From Bacteroidales bacterium (GTDB lineage Bacteria > Bacteroidota > Bacteroidia > Bacteroidales > UBA10428): a stretch of 64,000 nt of DNA. Below are positions 29,162 to 39,136 of this stretch, piece after piece. The translations under genes and the position numbers were made by a program. The notes under the pieces were generated by a model. The model had not been told where the DNA came from and made no database searches. It saw only the letters and a list, made by a program, of their open reading frames with translations. Position 1 is the stretch's first letter, and every line of letters starts with the position of its first letter. The stretch covers positions 1,296 through 65,295 of the forward strand of contig JAFGVA010000159.1 of assembly GCA_016938235.1 (NCBI GenBank). The letters are read 5' to 3'.

Positions 29162-31315
29162 ATGAAGAAAATACTTAACAGACCTATAAAAATTATTATG
29201 CTCTTGTTGAACTTAATTATTGGAGGTTTTTGTTTTTCCCTCATTTCGCAAGAACGCTCTGCCTTGATTGGCGAAGGAATAACCATTTATTACCCAAATA
29301 ATTATCAATCAGTTTTTCATGAGCCATCGTTTGCACTTGTTCAGGAACCCATTGAACAAGGAGACCTGCCAGAAGATAGGAACATAAGTGTTGCTTTCGA
29401 TAGTATACAAGGCAAAAGCATTGCCACAATTAATGTTGGTGAAGAAGTTGATTTTTATGGAACGGGAGAAGTTACAGGTGAGCTGTTAAGAAACGGAAAA
29501 GTCAGAACGCTCTGGAATACCGATAATTATGGTTATATGAGATATCATGCTCTTCAGCTTTACCAGTCTCATCCCTGGGTAATGGGAGTCAGGAGCGATG
29601 GTACTGCTATTGGCGTATTGGCCGATAATACCTGGAAACAACGCATTGTTCTTGATGACAAAATCAGCTTTGAGTCAGAAGGACCGGCATTCAGAGTTAT
29701 TGTAATTCAGAAAAAAGATCCGGCTGAATTGTTACATGCTTTGGCCGATTTAACTGGCCATATGCCATTACCACCCCTTTGGAGTTTGGGATACCAGCAA
29801 TGTCGGTGGTCGTATTATCCCGATAGCCGGGTAAGAGAAATAGCTGATACTTTCAGACTGAAAAAAATTCCCTGCGATGTTATTTGGATGGATATTCATT
29901 ACATGGAAGGATACCGCATTTTTACTTTTTCTGAGGAATATTTTCCAAATCCTGTAGGGCTAAATAATTACCTGCATGCAAAGGATTTTAAGTCGATTTG
30001 GATGATTGATCCGGGTGTAAAATACGATGAAGATTATTTTATTTACAAATCGGGTACTGATAAGGATGTTTGGGTAAAAAATGCACAGGGAGAAGATTTT
30101 GTTGGTGATGTTTGGCCAGGGCCATGTGTTTTCCCCGATTTCACTCAACAAAAAACGCAAAAATGGTGGGCATCGCAATATAAAGATTATTTGGCAACCG
30201 GTATCGATGGTGTCTGGAACGATATGAATGAGCCATCGGTATTTAATGGACCGGGATGGACAATGCCGGTTGATAATATGCATTTGGGTGATGAAATCTT
30301 ACCAAAAGCCAGTCATGAAAGATACCATAATGTTTATGGGATGCTTATGGTTAAATCTTCGCGTGAGGGTATTTTAGCAGCAATTCCCGAAAAACGACCT
30401 TTTATTTTAACACGTTCCAATTTCTTGGGTGGACAGCGGTATGCGGCTACATGGACAGGCGACAATCTTGCCATTTGGGATCACTTAAAGACCTCAATTC
30501 CAATGGTTCTGAATTTTGGGCTTTCCGGACAGCCTTGTAGTGGCCCGGATATTGGAGGATTTGGAGGTAATGCTACTCCCGAGCTTTATGGACAATGGAT
30601 AGCAACCGGAGTATTTTATCCTTTCTCCAGATCGCATACTGCCGAGGGAACAAACAACCAGGAACCTTGGGCATTTGGCGAAGAAATTGAACAAGTGTCA
30701 AGAACCGCTATTAGCAGGCGATACAGACTATTGCCTTATTTGTACACCTTGTTTTATAAGGCCTCTCAAACCGGAATGCCGGTTATGCAGCCTGTGTTTT
30801 TTGCCGATTTTAAAGATGAAAGTTTAAGAAGCGAGGATGAAGCTTTTCTTTTAGGCAGCGATTTATTGATTATTCCTAAATGGGCAACAGAACCATCACT
30901 CCCTGAAGGAAATTGGAGAACAGTATCTTTGGTTGGAGAGGACAGTAAAAACGATGCGTATCAGCCTGAGATAAAAATCAGAGAGGGTGCAATTGTTCCT
31001 CTTACAAGCATTATTCAAAATACAACTTCGTACAAATTAGATACAATTACCCTGTTGGTTTCTTTAGACGAACAGGAGAAGGCCCGGGGCGAACTTTATT
31101 ATGATGAAGGTGAAGGCTTTGGATACCAGGAAGGTATGTATAAACTTTTTGAGCTTAAAGCCGAGAAAAACAACGATAAATTAAGCGTTTCTGTTAGCGG
31201 AATTCAAGGTAAAATGGAAATAGCTCCATTTAATATAAAGGTAGAATGGATAACTGATGAGCCAGCTAAAAAATCAATTGCTTCAGGGGAAATAGTTTTG
31301 GATGTGAATCAATAA
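29162..31315 (+). CDS. Glycoside hydrolase family 31 (alpha-glucosidase / alpha-xylosidase type)
   Basis: GH31 signatures WMDIHYMEGYRIFTF and GVWNDMNEPSVF, plus FSRSHT. N-terminal TM/signal KIIMLLLNLIIGGFCFSLIS. ATG at 29162 (ORF-track TTG at 29129). Confidence 0.85.
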   Translation: MKKILNRPIKIIMLLLNLIIGGFCFSLISQERSALIGEGITIYYPNNYQSVFHEPSFALVQEPIEQGDLPEDRNISVAFDSIQGKSIATINVGEEVDFYGTGEVTGELLRNGKVRTLWNTDNYGYMRYHALQLYQSHPWVMGVRSDGTAIGVLADNTWKQRIVLDDKISFESEGPAFRVIVIQKKDPAELLHALADLTGHMPLPPLWSLGYQQCRWSYYPDSRVREIADTFRLKKIPCDVIWMDIHYMEGYRIFTFSEEYFPNPVGLNNYLHAKDFKSIWMIDPGVKYDEDYFIYKSGTDKDVWVKNAQGEDFVGDVWPGPCVFPDFTQQKTQKWWASQYKDYLATGIDGVWNDMNEPSVFNGPGWTMPVDNMHLGDEILPKASHERYHNVYGMLMVKSSREGILAAIPEKRPFILTRSNFLGGQRYAATWTGDNLAIWDHLKTSIPMVLNFGLSGQPCSGPDIGGFGGNATPELYGQWIATGVFYPFSRSHTAEGTNNQEPWAFGEEIEQVSRTAISRRYRLLPYLYTLFYKASQTGMPVMQPVFFADFKDESLRSEDEAFLLGSDLLIIPKWATEPSLPEGNWRTVSLVGEDSKNDAYQPEIKIREGAIVPLTSIIQNTTSYKLDTITLLVSLDEQEKARGELYYDEGEGFGYQEGMYKLFELKAEKNNDKLSVSVSGIQGKMEIAPFNIKVEWITDEPAKKSIASGEIVLDVNQ

Positions 31316-31352
31316 AAGCTAAGATTCCGATTCAGTGTCAGCCAATGATATA

Positions 31353-31435
31353 CTAAAAAGAGGTTGCTCGTGGAGAACAACCTCTTCTAAATCCAATCAA
31401 ACCCTACATCAAGATGCTATGAAATCTTATATCTT
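31353..31435 (-). repeat. Copy B of the ~85-bp element; here it is the 3' UTR and terminator of the PfkB kinase gene
   Basis: Begins 6 nt downstream of the kinase stop codon (31442..31444) on the minus strand. Hairpin AGAGGTTGTTCTCCACGAGCAACCTCT followed by TTTTAG. Confidence 0.85.
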
Positions 31436-31441
31436 GTTTTT

Positions 31442-32335
31442 TTATGAATGTTTTTCTTTCAGTCGTTTGTAAACCTCATCCATTGTGCCGCTAAAAGGAC
31501 CGGGAGTTTCCATTTTTATTGAAACAAGAGCTGCTGCAAATTTCACTGACTCAGCAACGCTGTGATCCAATAGGTGCGAAAGGTATGCTACGAAAGTTGT
31601 ATCACCCCTTCCGGTTCTTCCTGAAACATTACTGTTAGAGAATTTCTCGTAGTACGATTTTCCATCAACCCGTGCTATAACACCCTCAGATTGCGTAATC
31701 ATAACATTAGAACAACCCCACGATTCAACAATTTTTGCAGCTTCTTCCAAATTATCTGTGCCGGTTAAAATTTTGGCTTCCAGAACATCCAGTTTCAGTT
31801 TATCCATCATGGCTGCGATCTCTTTCTTATCAGCCACATCGCTATACTCGTGATTTTTAGTTACGGGATCGACGTGGCGAACAAAACTTTGCATATCAAC
31901 CGAAAGGCTTGGATAGTTTCTTGCCTTTAGAGCTTTCATAAGAGGCATGTCGAATTCCGTATCAGAAATTCCTGCCAGGTGAACACAAGTAGAATCAAGT
32001 TCAGGAACATCCTTGATATCTATTATACCTGCTGATTTAATCAGAGTCATAGTTCGTTCATCCATGTTTTCAGATTCATGAACTACCCTGTTGTACGAAG
32101 TTTCTTCGCTTGGAATGAGGTAGCAATCTACACCTAAATCTTTCATAGGCTGAAGAATATGCTCGTCTTTTGGTGACATTTTAACAACAGCGGCAACTTT
32201 TTTGCCTACTCTTGCAGCAACCATAGCACCACACAAAACAGCGCTGCCGGGGGCTACTTTAGCTTCCTGGCCAAAATGCTTAATCTCGTCATAACACATA
32301 TGTCCTATGAAGGTGATGTCATATTTTTTGCTCAT
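31442..32335 (-). CDS. PfkB/ribokinase-family carbohydrate kinase
   Basis: Ribokinase-like size (297 aa), N-terminal Gly-rich sugar-binding region and C-terminal GRTGRGDTTFVAY (a variant of the DTxGAGD motif). Lies downstream of GH3 on the same strand. Confidence 0.7.
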   Translation of the reverse strand: MSKKYDITFIGHMCYDEIKHFGQEAKVAPGSAVLCGAMVAARVGKKVAAVVKMSPKDEHILQPMKDLGVDCYLIPSEETSYNRVVHESENMDERTMTLIKSAGIIDIKDVPELDSTCVHLAGISDTEFDMPLMKALKARNYPSLSVDMQSFVRHVDPVTKNHEYSDVADKKEIAAMMDKLKLDVLEAKILTGTDNLEEAAKIVESWGCSNVMITQSEGVIARVDGKSYYEKFSNSNVSGRTGRGDTTFVAYLSHLLDHSVAESVKFAAALVSIKMETPGPFSGTMDEVYKRLKEKHS

Positions 32336-32500
32336 TTTAACTAATTTATAATTGATTATTTCTTTAATATGGCTTCGGGATTTATCTCTTTAAGCCTTTA
32401 ATTAAAATCCGAGAGCCAGTTGCAAAGTTTATTTCACAAATGACACTCGGAATATTGTTTAGATTTTATTGTCAATCAAGGACACTATGTTCTTTGTGCC

Positions 32501-34282
32501 TTAATCGAACTTTTCTTCTGGCAGATTTTCTTCCGCGCTTAAATCAATAGGCATTTTTGTTGTTGAATAAGGCTTAAACTTACCCCAAAGCAAATCAACT
32601 GAAGACCTGATAGAATCGGGCGTTCCGGAGAAGTTACAAACCACAGCATCAGCAGTGGTGGTTGTGCCTTTACGGTATGGAAAGTTTGTCATTACAACAA
32701 CATCTTTACCCATATCTTTCAATTTCTTAACCAGGCGGGCATTATTGCCTTTTTTCTCAATACGTGCATAATAATTGGTCATTACAACCATATCAGCCTC
32801 TTTTGCAAGTTTCAGCGCTTCTTCTATCTGTTCGTCATCAGCATAAAAGCCTGTATCATCAAGAATAAGATTGGTAGAATATTTAGTCATCTGTTCACAG
32901 AAAATGTGTGAATGACTGTACATATCTTTACCGGCAAATTCATATGGGAAACACTGCTCAATAACAAGTATTTTCTTGTCTTTACTTAGAGGGATAAGAT
33001 TTTTAGTATCTCGAACAACAATTTGAGCTTTTTGAGCAACTTCCATTGAGAAATCGATGTTTATCTTGTCTCTCACAACAGCAGTTGTTTCTTTAGGATC
33101 CATTTTTCCGGCTTGCTCAAACAGTCCCTGGTCGTATTTTCTTTCGAGCTGGCGACGTACAGCATCATCAACACGCTCCATTGAAAGTTCACCACTTTCA
33201 ACAGCCATTTTAATTCCGAACAGACATTGAGAACGCGATTCATCATCGGCTTTTAGCAGAATGTGGTCTACGCCGGCAGCAACAGCCATAGCGCAAGCTT
33301 TAGGTAAAGGCCATTTTTTCAAAATTGCAGCCATACCAATTGCATCAGAAACAATTATTCCTTTAAAGCCCATCTCACCTCTTAAAAGATCGGTAAGAAT
33401 CTTCTTAGATAAAGTAGCAGGATATTCATCATCAAAAGCAGGGTATATTGTGTGAGCTGTCATCAGTGCTGATGCACCGGCATCAACACCTGCCTGAAAT
33501 GCTGCAAGTTCAACTTCCTGCATACGTTTTTTATCTCCACGACATCTGTCTAGTACATCGTGCGCATCAGTATCTGAGTCACCACGTCCTGCAAAGTGTT
33601 TAATAGTTGCAGTAATGCCTGCATCTTCATAACCACGAACAGTAGCATCAATAAATTTCGAAATAACTTTAACATTGTCGCCAAACGAACGAACACCAAT
33701 CTCAGGGTTTAATGGATTGATATTCACATCACATACCGGATGATAAAATTGTGTTACACCAATAGCGCGCATTTGACGAGCCATCAGGTTAGCAATTTTG
33801 TAAGCTACATCAACATCACCAATTGCTGTGATACCCATGGGGGGAGGGAACTGTAAAATACGACCGGAAGAATAATCATTCTTAAAGTCGCCTTCCATAT
33901 CAATTGTAATATGAAGCGGTATTCCCGATTCACGCCCCAAGGCAATTTTCTGCAGGTTATTTAAGGCTTCAGTAAGCTCTTCAGGTGTTACACTTATGCC
34001 AAAAGCTTTTGAATCGAAATAGGTGTGTGCAATATCGAAATAATCTTTTGGCGGTTTAAAATTAGGGTCAATTTGTGTTCTTCCCCAATACAGGTTTTTA
34101 CAAGTTTCAAGTGCGTATGGTTCTAAACATAAACCACCTGCCTGCAGTTTAGTTATTTGTTCAATTCCCGATGGTGTTGCAATTGCTCCACGCCAGGTGA
34201 ACGTAAGAATCTGGCCGCATTTTTCAAGCAGACTCATTTTCGCAATTTTTGCCGAAACAAAAGCATCTCTTTCTTTTGACAT
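32501..34282 (-). CDS. Glycoside hydrolase family 3 (beta-glucosidase / beta-N-acetylhexosaminidase type), no signal peptide
   Basis: KHFAGRGDSDTDAH and the nucleophile region GIIVSDAIGMAAI are GH3 N-domain hallmarks. A C-terminal alpha/beta sandwich-like region is also present. Confidence 0.8.
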   Translation of the reverse strand: MSKERDAFVSAKIAKMSLLEKCGQILTFTWRGAIATPSGIEQITKLQAGGLCLEPYALETCKNLYWGRTQIDPNFKPPKDYFDIAHTYFDSKAFGISVTPEELTEALNNLQKIALGRESGIPLHITIDMEGDFKNDYSSGRILQFPPPMGITAIGDVDVAYKIANLMARQMRAIGVTQFYHPVCDVNINPLNPEIGVRSFGDNVKVISKFIDATVRGYEDAGITATIKHFAGRGDSDTDAHDVLDRCRGDKKRMQEVELAAFQAGVDAGASALMTAHTIYPAFDDEYPATLSKKILTDLLRGEMGFKGIIVSDAIGMAAILKKWPLPKACAMAVAAGVDHILLKADDESRSQCLFGIKMAVESGELSMERVDDAVRRQLERKYDQGLFEQAGKMDPKETTAVVRDKINIDFSMEVAQKAQIVVRDTKNLIPLSKDKKILVIEQCFPYEFAGKDMYSHSHIFCEQMTKYSTNLILDDTGFYADDEQIEEALKLAKEADMVVMTNYYARIEKKGNNARLVKKLKDMGKDVVVMTNFPYRKGTTTTADAVVCNFSGTPDSIRSSVDLLWGKFKPYSTTKMPIDLSAEENLPEEKFD

Positions 34283-34895
34283 TTTTTATCTCCTTATTGT
34301 TTTTGGTTATTTATTGTAGTCTAAAAAATTTAATTTGAAATCTCTTAGTAATTTTTATCTTCAATCACAAATAAACAAATTTTTCACATATGAAAAGTTT
34401 TAATAGTGGCCTCAAATGTCTTTAAATTGGACGCTCATGTCAAAAACAAGCTTGTTTCTAACTCTTTCCAATTTACAAAAAAGAACAAAGGTTTTTAATT
34501 ACATATGGAAATAAAATTAAGCAATCTTTAAAAATAGCTAGAACTATTTTCATATTCTTTTTCTGAAATTTTTAATTACAGGGATTTTCTCGAAAACATC
34601 TCTCAGGGTTCTGCATCTGCTTAACTTACATCGCTTTCGTTCGAAAATAGTAGAGATATTAAATCTTTTTTGGTACTTTTAGTTAATGTATTGGAACATG
34701 TATAATATTTGCAATTATAGAATAGATTGGTGTTTTGTAATTTTAATTTTTTGAAAAAAACAGGATGCCAGGAAGCGATCCGTAGTATTTCTTCAGAACA
34801 TGTGCTGCGAGTTTTAGATTTTTATTGTAGCTTTTTTTTTCAATAAATCATTTAATTTTGCGAACCTATATAGACAAAACTTAACACATAATATT

Positions 34896-36500
34896 ATGAA
34901 AATTCAAAATCCTATTCTACCGGGTTTTAATCCAGATCCTTCAATACTCAGAGTTGGTGACGATTATTATATTGCTACCTCAACCTTTGAATGGTTTCCC
35001 GGAGTGCAGATTCATCATTCAAAAGATTTGGTAAACTGGAAGCTTATTGCCCGTCCCCTAAACAGGACTTCGCAACTTAATATGGCCGGAAATCCTAATT
35101 CGTGTGGTATTTGGGCACCTTGTCTTTCATATCATGAGGGAACATTTTACCTGATTTATACCGATCAGAAAATATTTGAAACTACGTTTAAAGATCCGCA
35201 TAACTACCTGGTAACAACCGACGATATTACCGGAGATTGGTCAGAGCCTATTTACATGAACAGGTCAGGTTTTGATCCCAGTCTGTTTCATGATGATGAC
35301 GGAAGAAAATGGTTTGTAAATATGCTGTGGGATCATCGGGTTGGTAAACCAAAGTTTGCAGGTATTGTATTGCAGGAGTATGATCACAAACAAAAAAAGC
35401 TTGTAGGGCCAATAAAAAACATATACCAGGGAACAAAAATTGATTGGGTTGAAGGACCTCACCTTTATAAGAGAAACGGATATTACTATCTGATGACTGC
35501 TGAAGGAGGAACAGTTCTTAAACATGCTGTTACCATGGCTCGTTCTAAAAATATTGACGGACCTTATGAAACCGATCCTCAGAATCCTGTACTAACTTCA
35601 TATTTTAATCCTGAACTGGAATTGCAAAGAGCAGGACATGCATCTTATGTTGAAACTCAAACCGGCGAACAATACATGGTACATCTTTGTGGCAGACGCA
35701 TGCCCGCAAGAGGCAGATGTGTTATGGGTCGCGAAACTGCCATTCAAAAGATGAAATGGACCGATGATGGCTGGTTGCGTTTGGCATGCGGTGGAAATGA
35801 ACCTCAGTATGTTGTAGATGTGCCAAACTTACCGGAGCATAAATGGGAACCTGTAAATGTTAGAGATGATTTTGATTCGGATAAACTGGACATAAATTTT
35901 CAGTCACTACGTGTTGATATCAGCGATCTTTATTCATTAACAGAGCGTCCCGGATATTTAAGGTTGAAAGGTTATGAATCGCTTAGTTCATTTCATAAGC
36001 AGGCGCTTTTGGCACGTCGTCAGCAATCGTTCTTCTACACTGCTGAAACCTGTGTTGAATTTGAACCCGATAATTTCCAGCAAATGGCCGGTTTGATTTG
36101 CATGTATGATAACAGGAATTTTTACTACCTGAACATTAGCCGGGATGAAGAAAAAGGTAAATGCCTTGATATTCTTAATTGTGTGGGTGGTCAGTTTGAA
36201 GCTCCGCTTAAGGAAGTTATTGCATTGAAAGAAGGACCCACATACCTTAGAGTAAATGTTTACTACGATAAATTAAGATTTTATTACTCTGAAAACGGAT
36301 CTGACTGGAAGTTACTGGATGCATTAATGGATGCCAGCACCTTATCTGATGAATTTGATGCAGGTGGTGGAAATTCACATTTCACAGGTGCTTTTGTTGG
36401 GCTTTGCTGTCAGGATATGGCTGAAAGTAAAAAATATGCCGACTTCGATTATTTTGAATATCGTGAGAATGATAATACAATTCCATCCAGAGAGCATTAA
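34896..36500 (+). CDS. GH43 beta-xylosidase / alpha-L-arabinofuranosidase (XynB-like, with C-terminal ConA-like domain)
   Basis: Near-collinear with my recollection of Selenomonas XynB: NPILPGFNPDPSILRVGDDYYIATSTFEWFPGVQIHHSKDLVNW, EGPHLYK, LMTAEGGT, GRETAIQK, FTGAFVGL. Confidence 0.9.
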   Translation: MKIQNPILPGFNPDPSILRVGDDYYIATSTFEWFPGVQIHHSKDLVNWKLIARPLNRTSQLNMAGNPNSCGIWAPCLSYHEGTFYLIYTDQKIFETTFKDPHNYLVTTDDITGDWSEPIYMNRSGFDPSLFHDDDGRKWFVNMLWDHRVGKPKFAGIVLQEYDHKQKKLVGPIKNIYQGTKIDWVEGPHLYKRNGYYYLMTAEGGTVLKHAVTMARSKNIDGPYETDPQNPVLTSYFNPELELQRAGHASYVETQTGEQYMVHLCGRRMPARGRCVMGRETAIQKMKWTDDGWLRLACGGNEPQYVVDVPNLPEHKWEPVNVRDDFDSDKLDINFQSLRVDISDLYSLTERPGYLRLKGYESLSSFHKQALLARRQQSFFYTAETCVEFEPDNFQQMAGLICMYDNRNFYYLNISRDEEKGKCLDILNCVGGQFEAPLKEVIALKEGPTYLRVNVYYDKLRFYYSENGSDWKLLDALMDASTLSDEFDAGGGNSHFTGAFVGLCCQDMAESKKYADFDYFEYRENDNTIPSREH

Positions 36501-36556
36501 AAATTAAAGACTTATATATAAAAAGCTTCGGGTTTTATCCTGAAGCTTTTTTTTTA

Positions 36557-38872
36557 TTAAACTTCAGTAAGATTTGGACCAAAAGAATAAGTTTTACCTG
36601 ATTCTGTATCAAGCTCAATATCCTTTTCTCTTAACCTGATTTTGCATTTCCCTCCTTTTACCGATTTTATTTTTGCAGATTTGAGTTCACCCTTTTCCCA
36701 TTCCATGTCAACTTCAAAATTTCCACGGGCTTTTAATCCACACACAGAACCAGAACTCCAGGCTTTTGGTAAAGCGGGCAAAAGATGAATTTCATCAGCA
36801 TGGCTTTGTAAAAGCATTTCTGCAATACCAGCAGTTCCGCCAAAGTTACCATCAATCTGGAATGGGGGATGAACATCAAAGAGATTGTTTAAAGTTGATT
36901 TTTGTAACAAAGCTTCAAGATTCTCATACGCTTTGTCTCCATTGAGCATACGGGCATAGAAATTAATTATCCAGGCTCTGCTCCATCCGGTGTGGCCACC
37001 TCCATGCGATAAACGGTATTCAATGGTTTTCCTGGCAGCTCCCATAAGTTCGGGAGTATGCATAGTAATCTGTTTCCCCGGATGCAACGCAAATAAGTGC
37101 GAAATATGTCTGTGGCCTGGCTCCGGTTCTTCAAACTCTTTGCTCCACTCCATTATTCTTCCGTCGTTTCCAATCTTCAGGGGACTTAATCGCGAACGCA
37201 ATATCTCAAGGCTGTCTCGGAATTCCTGGTCTATGTCAAGTATTTTTGCTGCTTCCATAGTATTGGAAAACAGATCGTAGCATATTTCCATATCCATGGC
37301 TGGCCCCATGGTTATGTTGGATATTTTGCCATCGGGAGTTTTGAATTTGTTTTCCGGAGAGCTTGAAGGTCCGGTTACCAGGTAGCCTGTTTTTGGATCT
37401 TCTGTTAAATAATCGAAGAAAAAAAGTGAAGCTTCTTTAAGAATCGGGTAAGCATACTCAAGGTATTCTATCTCTTGGGTGAAAGCATAATGTTCCCATA
37501 AATGTTGTGAACACCAGGCAGCACCCATTGGCCACATACCCCATTCAGCTTTCCCTACCGAGGTGGTCCAATACCAGGCATCGGTTGTGAAGTGAGCAGT
37601 AAATCCCCTGCTGTTATACATTGTCTTAGCAGTTTTTCTGCCATTTTTTCTTAAACTGTCGACCAATGCTATAAAAGGCAGATGGCATTCGCTCAGATTA
37701 GTCACTTCTGCCGGCCAGTAATTCATCTGAATATTAATATTGATATGATAGTCGGCACTCCAGGGTGGAATTAACCCATCGGCCCAGATACCCTGGAGGT
37801 TTGCAGCTAAATCGTCAGGCCTGGAGCTACTTATTAGCATGTAACGGCCATACTGAAAATATAAACTTAACAGTGATGGATCGTCAGATCCGTTCTTAAA
37901 GGCTTCTAACCTTTTATCGGTGGGCAGGTTTGAATTTTCACTGGTACCTAAATCAAGTTTTACCCTGTTAAAAAGCCTTTGATGCTCAGAAATATGATCT
38001 TGTTTAATCTTTTTCAGGTCTTTGTTAGTTACTTTTTCCAATCTTTCAGAACAAACCAAATGTGGATCATCTCCCCAATAGTTGGTTGCTGCAACCAGAT
38101 AAATGGTAGCCTTTGAGGCATCTTTTATCATTAAACTGTCGCCAGATATTTGTATTTCACCCGCTTCTTTTACAACCATAATCTGAGTTTCGTAATGAAC
38201 CCCCGGATTAAGATCTTTCATATCAGCAGGTCCGGCAGTAACCTGACCTGACATAGTTATTGTATTCTTGTCAACTGAAATTGTGGCATCTTTTTCTCTC
38301 TTCATACTCATAGAGAAACTTAAAGCTTTAGAATTGCTTGCATTCAGCTCTATAATTAAAACCTGGTCGGGCACACTGGAGTAATATTCACGCTTGTATT
38401 CTGTTTTTCCTGATTTATAACTCACCTTTGCTATTGCATTATCAAGTGAAAGTTCCCGGCGATACTCAGAACAGGTATCTTTATGCCGGAATCCCAGAAA
38501 TAAATCTCCAAGGGTTTGATACATGTTCCAGCCTTCTTTAGCCATTATCTCTTTCTCGGTAATTTCCTGGGCTTTGGAATATTCTCCTTTAAAAAGCAGA
38601 TTTCTTACCTCCGGCAGGTATTTATATGCATCAGGTTTGTCGGGTACCTGACCGGGACTGCCGGTCCAGACAGATTCTTCATTTAACTGTATGCGTTCGT
38701 AATCGACCCTGCCAAAGACCATACCTCCCAGTTTCCCATTTCCGATTGGTAATGCTTCATTCCAGTCTTTTGCCGGGTTTTCGTACCATAAAGTGTTTGT
38801 AGTTTGTATTTCAGGTTGATTACAACCATAAAAGAAGGCGCAAAAAATATTCAAGTAAATGGCTTTCTTCAT
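36557..38872 (-). CDS. Glycoside hydrolase family 95 (alpha-L-fucosidase / alpha-L-galactosidase type) lipoprotein
   Basis: Lipobox-like NIFCAFFYGC. GH95 N-terminal motif LWYENPAKDWNEALPIGNGKLGGMVFG. Size 771 aa. Confidence 0.8.
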   Translation of the reverse strand: MKKAIYLNIFCAFFYGCNQPEIQTTNTLWYENPAKDWNEALPIGNGKLGGMVFGRVDYERIQLNEESVWTGSPGQVPDKPDAYKYLPEVRNLLFKGEYSKAQEITEKEIMAKEGWNMYQTLGDLFLGFRHKDTCSEYRRELSLDNAIAKVSYKSGKTEYKREYYSSVPDQVLIIELNASNSKALSFSMSMKREKDATISVDKNTITMSGQVTAGPADMKDLNPGVHYETQIMVVKEAGEIQISGDSLMIKDASKATIYLVAATNYWGDDPHLVCSERLEKVTNKDLKKIKQDHISEHQRLFNRVKLDLGTSENSNLPTDKRLEAFKNGSDDPSLLSLYFQYGRYMLISSSRPDDLAANLQGIWADGLIPPWSADYHININIQMNYWPAEVTNLSECHLPFIALVDSLRKNGRKTAKTMYNSRGFTAHFTTDAWYWTTSVGKAEWGMWPMGAAWCSQHLWEHYAFTQEIEYLEYAYPILKEASLFFFDYLTEDPKTGYLVTGPSSSPENKFKTPDGKISNITMGPAMDMEICYDLFSNTMEAAKILDIDQEFRDSLEILRSRLSPLKIGNDGRIMEWSKEFEEPEPGHRHISHLFALHPGKQITMHTPELMGAARKTIEYRLSHGGGHTGWSRAWIINFYARMLNGDKAYENLEALLQKSTLNNLFDVHPPFQIDGNFGGTAGIAEMLLQSHADEIHLLPALPKAWSSGSVCGLKARGNFEVDMEWEKGELKSAKIKSVKGGKCKIRLREKDIELDTESGKTYSFGPNLTEV

Positions 38873-39103
38873 TATATATCAGTTTTCTGTTATTTTTTAA
38901 GCATAATCAATAAAATAAACTTGCTATTTAAAGTTACAAAACTTTGTTTCATAGAAGTTTATCGATAGATAAACATGTTAATGTTAAAAAAAGCAGGGGT
39001 TATTTATAGTAAATGTGCAGGGAAAACAAAAATAACATTTCTGTGAGAAACTGCTATAGGTTTTCTTCGTTACCTTATAGAATACAATTAAAAAGCTTAT
39101 CAT

Positions 39104-39111
39104 TAACTTTG
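39104..39111 (+). promoter_or_regulatory. -7 promoter box (TAACTTTG) upstream of the VIT gene
   Basis: Perfect TAnnTTTG match, starting 33 nt before the ATG at 39137. Confidence 0.4.
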
Positions 39112-39136
39112 CATATTATTATTCATACATTTCAAC

